Assembly: GCA_965371515.1 (NCBI GenBank)
Contig: CBDUYR010000008.1
Location: forward strand, 8,592-72,591
Origin: an uncultured bacterium
Lineage (GTDB): Bacteria > Krumholzibacteriota > Krumholzibacteriia > Krumholzibacteriales > Krumholzibacteriaceae
DNA: 64,000 nucleotides
Direction: 5' to 3'
Shown: positions 38,787 to 47,644 of the stretch, piece by piece
How the letters are laid out: each line of letters starts with the position of its first letter
Position numbering within the stretch: position 1 is the first letter of the stretch
Made by a program: the position numbers and the translations under genes
The notes under the pieces: model-generated
The model's input: the letters and a program-made list of their open reading frames with translations, nothing else
What the model was told of the DNA's origin: nothing
The model's database searches: none

Positions 38787-39896
38787 ATGCTGAATCTCAG
38801 AGAATTGCTGCAGGAAATGATAGAGAAGAGGGCGAGTGATCTGCACATCACAGCGGGCATCCCGCCGATGCTGAGAGTGGATGGCCTCCTGCACCCTACC
38901 TCGCATCCCGTCGTCACCCCCGAGTTCAGCAAACAGATCGCTTACAGCGTTCTTACAGAGGAACAGCAGAAGAGATTCGAGAACGAGAAGGAGCTCGATT
39001 TCTCGTTCGGGGTACAGGGCCTGTCGAGGTTCCGCGCGAACGTTTTCCAGCAGAGGGGCGTCACGAGCATGGCGATCAGACAGATCCCGTTCGAGATTCT
39101 CAGCTTCGATGAGCTCGGCCTGCCTCCCGTCGTGAAGGCATTCGCCGAGAAGCAGAAGGGGCTAGTGCTGGTCACCGGGCCTACGGGCTCGGGTAAATCG
39201 ACGACGCTTGCCAGCCTGATCGACAAGATCAACAGGGAACGCCAGGCGCACGTGATCACGATCGAGGACCCGATCGAGTACATCCACCAGCACAAGCAGT
39301 GCATCGTGAACCAGCGGGAGGTCAAGGCCGATACGAATAACTTCGCAACGGCCCTGAAGCACGTTCTGAGACAGGATCCCGACATCATCCTCATCGGTGA
39401 GATGCGCGATCTCGAGACGATGTCTGCGGCGCTTACGATAGCGGAGACCGGTCATCTCGCGCTCGCGACTCTTCATACCAACTCGACATTCGAGTCGATC
39501 AACAGGATAGTCGACACTTTTCCCTCGACCCAGCAGGGGCAGGTCCGCGCCCAGCTCGCATTTGTCCTGGAGGGCGTCGTGACCCAGCAGCTCATACCGC
39601 ACGCTTCGGGGAAGGGCCGGGTCATGGTCTGCGAGGTGATGGTGTGCACGCCCGCGATCCGGGCGACGATACGAGACGATAAAGTCCACCAGATATACGG
39701 CTTGATGCAGGCCGGTCATAAATTCGGAATGCAGACGATGAACCAGGGCCTCTTCCAGGCCTTCTGCGACAGGAAGATAACGAAGGAAGAGGCTGTGAGA
39801 AGGAGCAGCGATCCTGTCGAGCTGCAGCAGATGCTCGGCGAGGATCCTAGTAGCGGCAACGATTACCGCACGCGCGACTACCAATTCAAGAAGTGA
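38787..39896 (+). CDS. pilT: Type IV pilus retraction ATPase PilT
   Basis: ASDLHI, RFRANVF, GPTGSGKSTT, TIEDPIEY, LRQDPD, AETGHL, AIRATIRD (AIRNLIRE-like), GMQTMNQ. Confidence 0.95.
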   Translation: MLNLRELLQEMIEKRASDLHITAGIPPMLRVDGLLHPTSHPVVTPEFSKQIAYSVLTEEQQKRFENEKELDFSFGVQGLSRFRANVFQQRGVTSMAIRQIPFEILSFDELGLPPVVKAFAEKQKGLVLVTGPTGSGKSTTLASLIDKINRERQAHVITIEDPIEYIHQHKQCIVNQREVKADTNNFATALKHVLRQDPDIILIGEMRDLETMSAALTIAETGHLALATLHTNSTFESINRIVDTFPSTQQGQVRAQLAFVLEGVVTQQLIPHASGKGRVMVCEVMVCTPAIRATIRDDKVHQIYGLMQAGHKFGMQTMNQGLFQAFCDRKITKEEAVRRSSDPVELQQMLGEDPSSGNDYRTRDYQFKK

Positions 39897-39915
39897 TTCT
39901 GTAAGGGGGAAACCG

Positions 39916-41124
39916 ATGGCGACTACATTCCTTTGGAAGGGAAGAACGCCGACGGGCGAAGTTCTTTCCGGTGACTTCAAGTGTGAAAACAAGCAGGAAC
40001 TGATCAATCACCTGCGTAAACGTAAGATCATAATTACGTCGATCCGTAGCAAGCCGAAGGATATCCGGATCAATTTCGGCATGAGTAACAGGGTCACGGT
40101 AAAGGAAATGGGGATCTTCACGAGGCAGTTCGCGACGATGATCAATGCCGGACTGCCGATGGTCCAGTGCCTCGACATCCTCTCGAGTCAGATCGAGAAA
40201 CCCTTCTTCAAGAAGGTCGTATCCGATGTGATGTCGGACGTCGAGTCGGGGTTGACCCTGGCTGAGTCGCTGCGCAAGCACAAGTGCTTCGGCGATCTGT
40301 TTGTCAACATGATCGACGCCGGAGAGGCCGGAGGTATCCTCGACGTGATCCTTAACCGTCTGGCCGTATATCTCGAGAAGGCAGACGCGCTGAGGCGCAA
40401 GGTCAAGGGCGCCCTGACCTATCCGACGATCGTGTTCTGTGTCGCCACCGGAGCGACGATCTTCATGCTGATGTTCATTATCCCGACCTTCGCCAAGATG
40501 TTCAGCGATTTCGGCGGTGAGCTCCCGCTCCCGACGTTGATCGTCATGATGCTCAGCAACTTTCTGCGGGCGAACTGGTGGCTGCTCCTCGGAGTCATTA
40601 TTGGAAGCGGCGTCGCACTGAAGAGGTACTACACGACCGAAAGCGGGCAGTACAGGCTGGACATGATCCTGCTCAACTTCCCCATCCTCGGTAACGTCGT
40701 CCGCAAGGGCGCTGTTGCGAGATTTACCCGTACGCTCGGCACTCTGATCGCCAGTGGTGTGCCGATCCTCAACGGTCTCGAGATCACGGCCCGCACGGCC
40801 GGCAACAAGGTCCTCGAGAGGGCCATCATGGAGACGAGGCAGAGCATCAGCGAAGGTAACACGATCGCCGAGCCGCTCAAGGCCTGCGGTGTGTTCCCGC
40901 CCATGGTAGTTCAGATGATCTCCGTAGGAGAACAGACGGGCGCTCTGGACGAGATGCTCGACAAAATAGCGGATTTCTATGATGACGAGGTCGATGCGGC
41001 CGTCGAGGCGCTTACAGCCGCTATCGAGCCGATAATGATCGTCGTGATGGGTGCGGTCGTCGGAGGGATGCTCGTAGCGATGTATCTTCCGATGTTCAAG
41101 CTCGTTACCGTCGTCGCCGGCTAG
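39916..41124 (+). CDS. pilC: Type IV pilus platform protein PilC
   Basis: FTRQFATMINAGLP, AGEAGGILD, ALTYP, ARFTRTLGTL, GEQTGALDEML, EPIMIV...YLPMF. Confidence 0.95.
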   Translation: MATTFLWKGRTPTGEVLSGDFKCENKQELINHLRKRKIIITSIRSKPKDIRINFGMSNRVTVKEMGIFTRQFATMINAGLPMVQCLDILSSQIEKPFFKKVVSDVMSDVESGLTLAESLRKHKCFGDLFVNMIDAGEAGGILDVILNRLAVYLEKADALRRKVKGALTYPTIVFCVATGATIFMLMFIIPTFAKMFSDFGGELPLPTLIVMMLSNFLRANWWLLLGVIIGSGVALKRYYTTESGQYRLDMILLNFPILGNVVRKGAVARFTRTLGTLIASGVPILNGLEITARTAGNKVLERAIMETRQSISEGNTIAEPLKACGVFPPMVVQMISVGEQTGALDEMLDKIADFYDDEVDAAVEALTAAIEPIMIVVMGAVVGGMLVAMYLPMFKLVTVVAG

Positions 41125-41156
41125 AATCCGGCGACGTCAGGATCCAGAGGGAGAAG

Positions 41157-42905
41157 ATGTTTACACCGCGTGCTCTCTCACATTCTGACGAGTCCAGTGC
41201 CAGGAGGCTGGTCTACCTGCGGCTTGTCGTTTCGACCCTGATGGTCGGTGCGGCGATCATGGTGCTGCAGATGGAGGACCGGGCTCTCTCGGTGGCCGCG
41301 ATGTACGGGCTCCTCGGGGTGATCTATCTCAGCGCCGGCGCCGTATACCTGACCTTCAGGGTGGGCGTCGAGCTGAAGGTCATCGTCCGTATTCTCGTCG
41401 CCGTGGACATAGTAGTACTCACGATGCTTGCCCACTTCAGCGGCGGTTCGGGTTCGTTCTTTTCCATTCTCTATATCCTGCCGATAATCGTAGGCGGCGA
41501 GTATTTCAAGGTCTCCGGCGGGCTGGTAACGGCCCTCGTGGCGACCTCGGCCTACATCACATACATACTTCTCGAGATCGGCGGCTACGTCGTTCCGGAG
41601 AGCGGGGGATGGGTCGTCGACGTCTCATCGCGGGGCGTCGCCAGGATGATCCTGCGAGGCTACCTCCACATGGCGGTCTTCATCTTTACCGGCCTGGTGA
41701 GCGGGTACGTATCGTACCGCCTCCAGAACAAACACGAGGAGATCGCCGACAAGGAGAAGGAGATAAGGCAGATCAGGCTCGACACGGACAGCATCCTGAA
41801 GAACATGAGCAGCGGACTGATCGTGACTGATCCGGATGGTTGCGTACTGACGGTAAATCCGGCAGCGGAATCGATACTCGGACTGGACAGAAGCATGGGA
41901 TTCGAGGGGGTGCCGGTCACCGACGCCTTTCCACATATGTCTGTTCTGGCCGGAGAACTTTCGTTCGCGCTGAGGAGCGGGGTGCCGAGGCAGCGCCACG
42001 AGATCGATGTTGTGAGGGAGGACGGGACTCTGCTGCAGCTCGGGATAAGCATATCGCTCCTGAAGGACGAACAGGGCGAGATAAAAGGGGTAATCGCGAT
42101 CTTCCAGGATCTCTCGGAGGTCAAGGAGATGCGCGAGAGGATCCGGCAGGCTGACCGGATGGCCGCCGTTGGTGAGCTGTCCGCAGCTATCGCTCACGAG
42201 GTCCGGGCTCCGCTGGCGTCTATCAGTGGATCGATCGAGATGCTCAAGGGAGATATAGAGGGACTTTCCGGCGACAACGCCGAACTGATGGATCTCATCA
42301 TAAGGGAATCGGAGAGGCTCGACAGGATCATATCCGATTTCCTCGAGTATGCGAGACTCCGCAAGCCGTCGTTCTCGTCGTCGGATATCGACAGGTGTAT
42401 CGGCGAGATCGCGCTGCTTCTGAGGAACGCGACTCTTTCGGGGGAAGGCGTGGAGATCACAATCGACAGCGATTCGGAGGGTTCGAGGATATATGTCGAC
42501 GAGGAACAGATTCGCCAGGTATTCCTCAATCTCGGCATCAATGCATGCGAGGCGATGAGCTCCGGCGGAAAGCTGACGCTCTCGGTGAGCAGGGTGCAGC
42601 GCCTGCTTTCCGAGGACAGAACCGACGAGGAATGTATCGAGGTCCGATTCCACAACGATGGGCCGGCTATTCCGGAAGAAGTACTTCCGCATGTCTTCGA
42701 ACCGTTCTTTACAACGAGAGAGGGAGGAACCGGGCTGGGCCTCGCGATCGCCGCGCGTATCGTAGAGAGCCATTCCGGTCTGATAGATGTCCGCAGTTCG
42801 GACGACGGGGGGACGGAGTTCATCGTAATCCTGCCCGTCCGGCGCTGCGTGGCCGAAGAAACTGAAGAAGAAATGATAATCGAGGATGAGTTCGCAATGG
42901 TCTGA
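41157..42905 (+). CDS. pilS: Sensor histidine kinase PilS-like (multi-TM, PAS, HisKA, HATPase)
   Basis: About six TM segments, PAS region, H-box AHEVRAPL, QVFLNLGINACEA, DGPAI, FEPFFTT, GTGLGL; sits between pilC and pilR. Confidence 0.88.
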   Translation: MFTPRALSHSDESSARRLVYLRLVVSTLMVGAAIMVLQMEDRALSVAAMYGLLGVIYLSAGAVYLTFRVGVELKVIVRILVAVDIVVLTMLAHFSGGSGSFFSILYILPIIVGGEYFKVSGGLVTALVATSAYITYILLEIGGYVVPESGGWVVDVSSRGVARMILRGYLHMAVFIFTGLVSGYVSYRLQNKHEEIADKEKEIRQIRLDTDSILKNMSSGLIVTDPDGCVLTVNPAAESILGLDRSMGFEGVPVTDAFPHMSVLAGELSFALRSGVPRQRHEIDVVREDGTLLQLGISISLLKDEQGEIKGVIAIFQDLSEVKEMRERIRQADRMAAVGELSAAIAHEVRAPLASISGSIEMLKGDIEGLSGDNAELMDLIIRESERLDRIISDFLEYARLRKPSFSSSDIDRCIGEIALLLRNATLSGEGVEITIDSDSEGSRIYVDEEQIRQVFLNLGINACEAMSSGGKLTLSVSRVQRLLSEDRTDEECIEVRFHNDGPAIPEEVLPHVFEPFFTTREGGTGLGLAIAARIVESHSGLIDVRSSDDGGTEFIVILPVRRCVAEETEEEMIIEDEFAMV

Positions 42906-42954
42906 TCCGCCGCCGGCGGAGGACCATTTCGCTAAAATGGAGGATTATTGATAA

Positions 42955-44328
42955 ATGGCGGGTGAAAAGATACTGATAGTCGACGACGAGAAGAGTATGT
43001 GCCAGTACCTTTCGATCATGCTCAAGAAGGAGGGGTACAAGGTGAAGACTGCCTCGAGCGGCAACAAGGCCGTCAGCGAGGTGAAGAGCTCGAATTTCGA
43101 CGTCGTGATCACGGATATCCGGATGGAGGGGATGGACGGGATAGAACTCCTCTCCGCGGTCAAGGAGCTCGATCCGAGTCTCCCGGTTATAATCATGACA
43201 GCCTACGCTTCGCAGAAGACGGCTATCGAGGCCCTCAACAGGGGAGCCTTCCACTACCTGATAAAGCGGGCAGCGAAGAACGACCAGATAAAGATGGTCA
43301 TTCGCAATGCCCTCGATGTCCGTCGTGTGAGGAGCGAAAACACCTTCCTCAAGAAACAGCTCAGGAACAAGGACGATTTCAAGGAGATCATCGGTAAGAG
43401 CGAGGAGATCCAGAAGGTCTTTACACTCGTCGACAAGGTGGCCGATACCGACAGCACGATCCTCGTATGCGGGGAGAGCGGAACGGGGAAGGAGCTCATC
43501 GCGAGGGCGATACATTACAGGTCGGTGCGGGCAGAAAGTCCGTTTGTCTCGATCAACTGCGGTGCCCTTCCGGAAAACCTTCTCGAGAGCGAACTCTTCG
43601 GGCACGTCAAGGGGAGCTTTACGGGAGCGATCAGGGACAAGGACGGTCTCTTCAAGGTGGCCAGCGGCGGGACCTTCTTCCTCGACGAGGTCGGCGAGAC
43701 CTCGCCTGCGATCCAGGTCAAACTTCTCAGGGTCCTGCAGGAACGCGAGATCATCCCCGTCGGCGGGACCGCACCGATAAAGGTCAACGCACGGCTGATC
43801 GCTGCCACAAATGCCGATCTGGAGAGAGCGGTCCAGGAGGACAACTTCAGGGCCGATCTCTTTTACAGGCTCAACGTGATCCCTATAGTTATCCCGCCGC
43901 TGCGCCAGAGGCGTGACGATATCCCCCTTCTCGTCGAGCATTTCCTCGAGAAGGCTCACATCAAGACCGGCGAGAAGAAGACGATATCAAAGGAGGCGAT
44001 GAACCTCCTGACCGAATACGATTTTCCCGGCAATGTCCGCGAGCTCGAGAACATCATGGAAAGGGCAGTCATCTTGAAGGATGGCGAACAGGTCGAGGTC
44101 GAAGACCTTACCGATAACGTCAGGTCCAGGATCGGCAACAGACGCTGTCTCAACATGGATACAGCGCAGATGACTCTCGAGGAACTTGAGAAGGAGTACC
44201 TGATCTCGGTCCTCGAGGAGACGAACTGGCAGAAGAAGAAGGCCAGCGCGATACTCGGGATTAATGCTTCGACTCTTTACAGGAAGATTCAGAGATACGG
44301 CCTCGAACGCGAGATGATGAAGGTCTGA
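42955..44328 (+). CDS. pilR: sigma54-dependent response regulator PilR-like (NtrC family)
   Basis: Receiver domain (ILIVDDE, ITDIRM), GESGTGKELIA, ESELFGHVKGSFTGA, FLDEVGE, FRADLFYRLNV, PGNVREL, Fis-type HTH. Confidence 0.92.
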   Translation: MAGEKILIVDDEKSMCQYLSIMLKKEGYKVKTASSGNKAVSEVKSSNFDVVITDIRMEGMDGIELLSAVKELDPSLPVIIMTAYASQKTAIEALNRGAFHYLIKRAAKNDQIKMVIRNALDVRRVRSENTFLKKQLRNKDDFKEIIGKSEEIQKVFTLVDKVADTDSTILVCGESGTGKELIARAIHYRSVRAESPFVSINCGALPENLLESELFGHVKGSFTGAIRDKDGLFKVASGGTFFLDEVGETSPAIQVKLLRVLQEREIIPVGGTAPIKVNARLIAATNADLERAVQEDNFRADLFYRLNVIPIVIPPLRQRRDDIPLLVEHFLEKAHIKTGEKKTISKEAMNLLTEYDFPGNVRELENIMERAVILKDGEQVEVEDLTDNVRSRIGNRRCLNMDTAQMTLEELEKEYLISVLEETNWQKKKASAILGINASTLYRKIQRYGLEREMMKV

Positions 44329-44449
44329 TTTTGCAAACTGAAACGGAACCGGGCAATTATACACGTCAAAGACCGATTGCAGGGCGAGGGAGGAGGCCGT
44401 AATTCCCTGTAAAACAACCGATTGGGCAAGAAGGATCTTCTCCAACGGT

Positions 44450-44465
44450 TGGCACAGAAGATGCA
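44450..44465 (+). promoter_or_regulatory. sigma54 (-24/-12) promoter of pilA
   Basis: TGGCACAGAAGATGCA: GG-N10-GC, directly downstream of pilR and upstream of the pilin. Confidence 0.8.
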
Positions 44466-44587
44466 TTAAAAGTCTCGAGCCCCGAATCCGATGGCGGGGC
44501 ACCAGGACGAGATCAACGGCTTTCGGGCCGTAAGACCGATGGACTGAAGCCCAAAAGGCTTCAACAGATTGTACCAGGAGGTGCAAG

Positions 44588-45022
44588 ATGAATAACAAGG
44601 GTTTCACCCTTATCGAGCTGATGATCGTTGTGGTCATCATCGGTATCCTCGCTGCTATCGCTATCCCGAACTTCATCAACATGCAGGCCAGGGCCAAGGA
44701 AGCCTCCGTCAAGTCGAACTGCCACACTGTGCAGCTCGCTGCCGAGGACTTCGCGGTCCAGAACGATGGCGTTTATGCGGCTAACGTCGGTGTCGACGCC
44801 GCTCCGAACGGTGACTCGATCAGTGATATGCTCCCTGGTGGAATACTTCTCGAGAACCCTTTCACCAAGGGCGTTACTGAGCCGGTCGACGTTACTGCTG
44901 CGACTTCCGGTCAGACGGGCTACGTGCCTGTCGTCCTGAACCTCGTCAACATTGGCTATACGATTACCGGTTGCGGTAAGGACGCTGGCTTCCTGGTCAT
45001 CACGCTGACGAGTGGTCAGTAG
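44588..45022 (+). CDS. pilA: Type IVa major pilin
   Basis: Class III signal MNNKG|FTLIELMIVVVIIGILAAIAIPNF; strong AGGAGGT ribosome-binding site; own promoter and terminator. Confidence 0.95.
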   Translation: MNNKGFTLIELMIVVVIIGILAAIAIPNFINMQARAKEASVKSNCHTVQLAAEDFAVQNDGVYAANVGVDAAPNGDSISDMLPGGILLENPFTKGVTEPVDVTAATSGQTGYVPVVLNLVNIGYTITGCGKDAGFLVITLTSGQ

Positions 45023-45046
45023 AGCTCGATAGACATCAAGTCGATC

Positions 45047-45080
45047 AAGGGGCGGCTCACGCGGGCCGCCCCTTTCTTTA
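45047..45080 (+). terminator. Intrinsic terminator after pilA
   Basis: AAGGGGCGGCTC-acgc-GGGCCGCCCCTT stem followed by TCTTTA. Confidence 0.85.
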
Positions 45081-45088
45081 TGCCCGGT

Positions 45089-45104
45089 CGGTACGGAATC
45101 TGCA
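45089..45104 (+). promoter_or_regulatory. sigma54-like motif upstream of the ABC module (distal)
   Basis: CGGTACGGAATCTGCA: GG-N10-GC. Confidence 0.4.
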
Positions 45105-45160
45105 ACCTCTTACAGAAGAAGGATATTCAGGGTCCGGGTGTCCGGATACAGGGCGGCCGG

Positions 45161-45175
45161 TGGTACGTTTTCTGC
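45161..45175 (+). promoter_or_regulatory. sigma54-like motif upstream of the ABC module (proximal)
   Basis: TGGTACGTTTTCTGC: GG-N10-GC, ending 27 nt before ATG 45203. Confidence 0.55.
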
Positions 45176-45202
45176 CGGTTAAGGCAGTAAAGGGGCAGGA
45201 AT

Positions 45203-46195
45203 ATGGAAGTTCTACAGGTCGACGGGGTGAAGAAATCGTTCCGGGGGGACATGTCGTTTACCTCGCGCGAGATCCTTCACGGCGTCTCATTCTCGGCGGG
45301 CACAGGCGAGATACTCGGATTTCTCGGCCCGAACGGCGCGGGCAAGACGACCACTATAAAGATAATCCTCAACCTTCTCAGGCCTGATTCAGGCTCGGTT
45401 CAGATATTCGGAAAAACTCTCGGAAACAGGTCGGTCATGAAGAAGGTCGGATATCTTCCCGAGAATCCCTATATCTATCCTCACCTGACACTGAGTGAAT
45501 TCCTCCGCTTCTGCGCCGATCTCAGCGATGTACCGGTGAAAGAGGTCGCATCGAGGGTCAGGAAGGCCATCTCGCTCCTCGGGCTCGAGGAGCACGCGAA
45601 CAGGAGGACGAAGGGATTCTCGAAGGGGATGCTCCAGAGGGCCGGGATCGCGCAGGCGATCCTCCACGACCCCGATCTCCTGATCCTCGACGAGCCTTTC
45701 TCCGGTCTCGATCCGATCGGCAGGAAGACAGTGAAGGATATCCTTATCGATCTGAAGGGCAGGGGAAAGACGATCTTCTTCTCATCGCATATTCTTCCCG
45801 ATATGGAGGCTCTCTGTGACAGGGCATGCATCATCAAGGACGGAATAGTGATCAGGACAGTCGGCCTGGCCGACGTCTTTCGGATGGGCGAAGGGATGGT
45901 GGAGATAACCGCCAGGGGATGCCTCGTCTCCGAGCTTGAGCCAGTATCCAGGTACATGGATACGGTTGCCGTCAACGGTGAGGAGATATTCCTCGTCGTG
46001 AAGAAACGGGAACTTGTCCGCACCGTCGTTCAGCATCTCTACAACCGCGGCGCGGAAGTGCTCAATGTCTCAAACCATCATCCGTCGCTCGAGGACGTGT
46101 TCCTGGACGAGATTAACGAAAAAAGAACGGAAGAGAGGAAAGGCGCGGAGAAGAAGCATTACGCCGGCCACGCGACAGGGGGTGGCAAGCAGTGA
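45203..46195 (+). CDS. ABC transporter ATP-binding protein (Myxococcus PilH-like, pilus-associated)
   Basis: GPNGAGKTT, FSKGMLQR, LILDEPFSGLDP, FSSH; directly after pilA. Confidence 0.9.
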   Translation: MEVLQVDGVKKSFRGDMSFTSREILHGVSFSAGTGEILGFLGPNGAGKTTTIKIILNLLRPDSGSVQIFGKTLGNRSVMKKVGYLPENPYIYPHLTLSEFLRFCADLSDVPVKEVASRVRKAISLLGLEEHANRRTKGFSKGMLQRAGIAQAILHDPDLLILDEPFSGLDPIGRKTVKDILIDLKGRGKTIFFSSHILPDMEALCDRACIIKDGIVIRTVGLADVFRMGEGMVEITARGCLVSELEPVSRYMDTVAVNGEEIFLVVKKRELVRTVVQHLYNRGAEVLNVSNHHPSLEDVFLDEINEKRTEERKGAEKKHYAGHATGGGKQ

Positions 46196-46962
46196 GAAGG
46201 ATATACAGCGTCGCGCTGAATACGTTCAGGGAATCTGTAAGGGAGAAGCTGCTCTACCTTGTTATCATATACGCGATGATCCTGCTCGTCAGCGTCTTCA
46301 TCCTGTCGCCCCTCTCGGTCGGAGTGGCGAAGGGGAAGATCGTGACCGATGTCGGGCTGGCCGGAATCTCGATACTGGGGATCCTGACGGCAATAATCGT
46401 AGGCAGCAATCTAGTTCACAAGGAAGTGGACAAGAAGGCCGTCCTGATGGTGCTTGCCAGACCGGTGTCGCGTGCCGAGTATGTCATCGGAAAATTCGCC
46501 GGCGTCTCGCTGTCTCTGGCGGTCCTCATCGGGCTCATGACGGCCGTGCTCGTCGTGATGATGCTTCTCGGGGGTGCCGCGCTGACTCCGGCGGTATTCC
46601 TGGCAGTCGGCCTGTCCATCGTCGAGATAGGGCTGATAATAGCCGTGATGATATTCTTCAGCACCTTCACGACGCCCATTCTGACGTCTTTTTTCACTAT
46701 CTGCATATTTGTCGCCGGTACGTTGAGCGGCGACCTGAGGCTCTTTGCGCAGAAGTTCGGCGGGAAAGCGATGAACTATGTGATGGACATATTGTATTTC
46801 ACGCTTCCGAACCTGAAGGTTTTCAATCTCCGTCATGAAGCGGTACACGGGCTGAGGTACTCGGCATCCGAGATCCTTCTGCCTGCGGCGTATGGAATAG
46901 TATATACGTGCGCCATGCTCTATTTCGCCTGGCTGGTATTCAGGCGGAGGGAGTTCAGCTGA
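46192..46962 (+). CDS. ABC transporter permease (PilI-like)
   Basis: About six TM segments; ALNTFRESVR, KEVDKK, ARPVSRAEYVIGKF, FRRREF; overlaps the ATPase stop codon. Confidence 0.85.
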   Translation: MRRIYSVALNTFRESVREKLLYLVIIYAMILLVSVFILSPLSVGVAKGKIVTDVGLAGISILGILTAIIVGSNLVHKEVDKKAVLMVLARPVSRAEYVIGKFAGVSLSLAVLIGLMTAVLVVMMLLGGAALTPAVFLAVGLSIVEIGLIIAVMIFFSTFTTPILTSFFTICIFVAGTLSGDLRLFAQKFGGKAMNYVMDILYFTLPNLKVFNLRHEAVHGLRYSASEILLPAAYGIVYTCAMLYFAWLVFRRREFS

Positions 46963-46963
46963 G

Positions 46964-47644
46964 ATGATCCGGATGCTTGCCAGGATATTCTTTTTTGCAG
47001 TCGCTATCTCCGCGATCGTCGGAACCGCGATGATGGTCGAGCCTGTTCTGGATGGCAAAGCCGAGATCGAAGTCTCCTACCTGCCCACGAGCGATTTCAT
47101 GAAAATGGCCTCTCTCGGTTACAGGGAACTTGCCGCCGATCTCTACTGGTTCAGGGCGGTGCAGTACTACGGTGGTTACAGGCTCAACCAGAACGACATC
47201 CACCTGTTCAATCATCTTGCCGAGATGATAACCGATCTTGATCCTCATTTCATCGGCGCCTACAAGCTCAGTGCCCTGGTGATCACGGAGGACCTGGGGA
47301 ATTTCGCCGCGGCAAAAAATCTTATGGATAAGGGACTTAAGCACAACCCCTATGATTACTGGCTCACTTTCGAGATGGGATTGCTCCACTACCTCGAGGG
47401 CAGGGATTACAGCGAGGCGGAGAAGTATTTCCGCGTCGCCGCCACGCTGCCCAATTCTGACGGTAACAGGGCGGCCAGGTTCGCCGCCGAAGCGGCTTCG
47501 AAGGGCGGAAACGTCGAGGCGAGCATCATCCTGTGGAAAGAGATGGCGGAGAACTCGGACAACAGATACATACGCGAGCTGGCGGAAAAATATATCGCCA
47601 GACTCGAGGCGAGAAGGCAGCAGCAGGACAGGGGCAGCGTATGA
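46964..47644 (+). CDS. Membrane-anchored TPR-like accessory protein (Myxococcus PilG-like)
   Basis: N-terminal TM; LGYRELAADLYWFRAVQYYG; ITDLDPHF; TPR-like helices; lies within the pilus ABC module. Confidence 0.6.
   Translation: MIRMLARIFFFAVAISAIVGTAMMVEPVLDGKAEIEVSYLPTSDFMKMASLGYRELAADLYWFRAVQYYGGYRLNQNDIHLFNHLAEMITDLDPHFIGAYKLSALVITEDLGNFAAAKNLMDKGLKHNPYDYWLTFEMGLLHYLEGRDYSEAEKYFRVAATLPNSDGNRAARFAAEAASKGGNVEASIILWKEMAENSDNRYIRELAEKYIARLEARRQQQDRGSV

Noticed and set aside
44478..44510. pilA leader start (CCGAATCCGATGGCGGGGCACC) resembles the 5' end of the c-di-AMP (ydaO) riboswitch; c-di-GMP-I was also considered
   Set aside because: The 3' half of ydaO (GGG...CCCG..CCCG.CAGCTAAC) and the GEMM core (GCAAA...GAAA...GACGCAAA) are absent
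44588..45022. Conductive (Geobacter-type) e-pilin, suggested by the locus order
   Set aside because: Full-length 139-aa mature pilin with few aromatic residues; positions 27 and 32 are Met and Lys rather than Tyr
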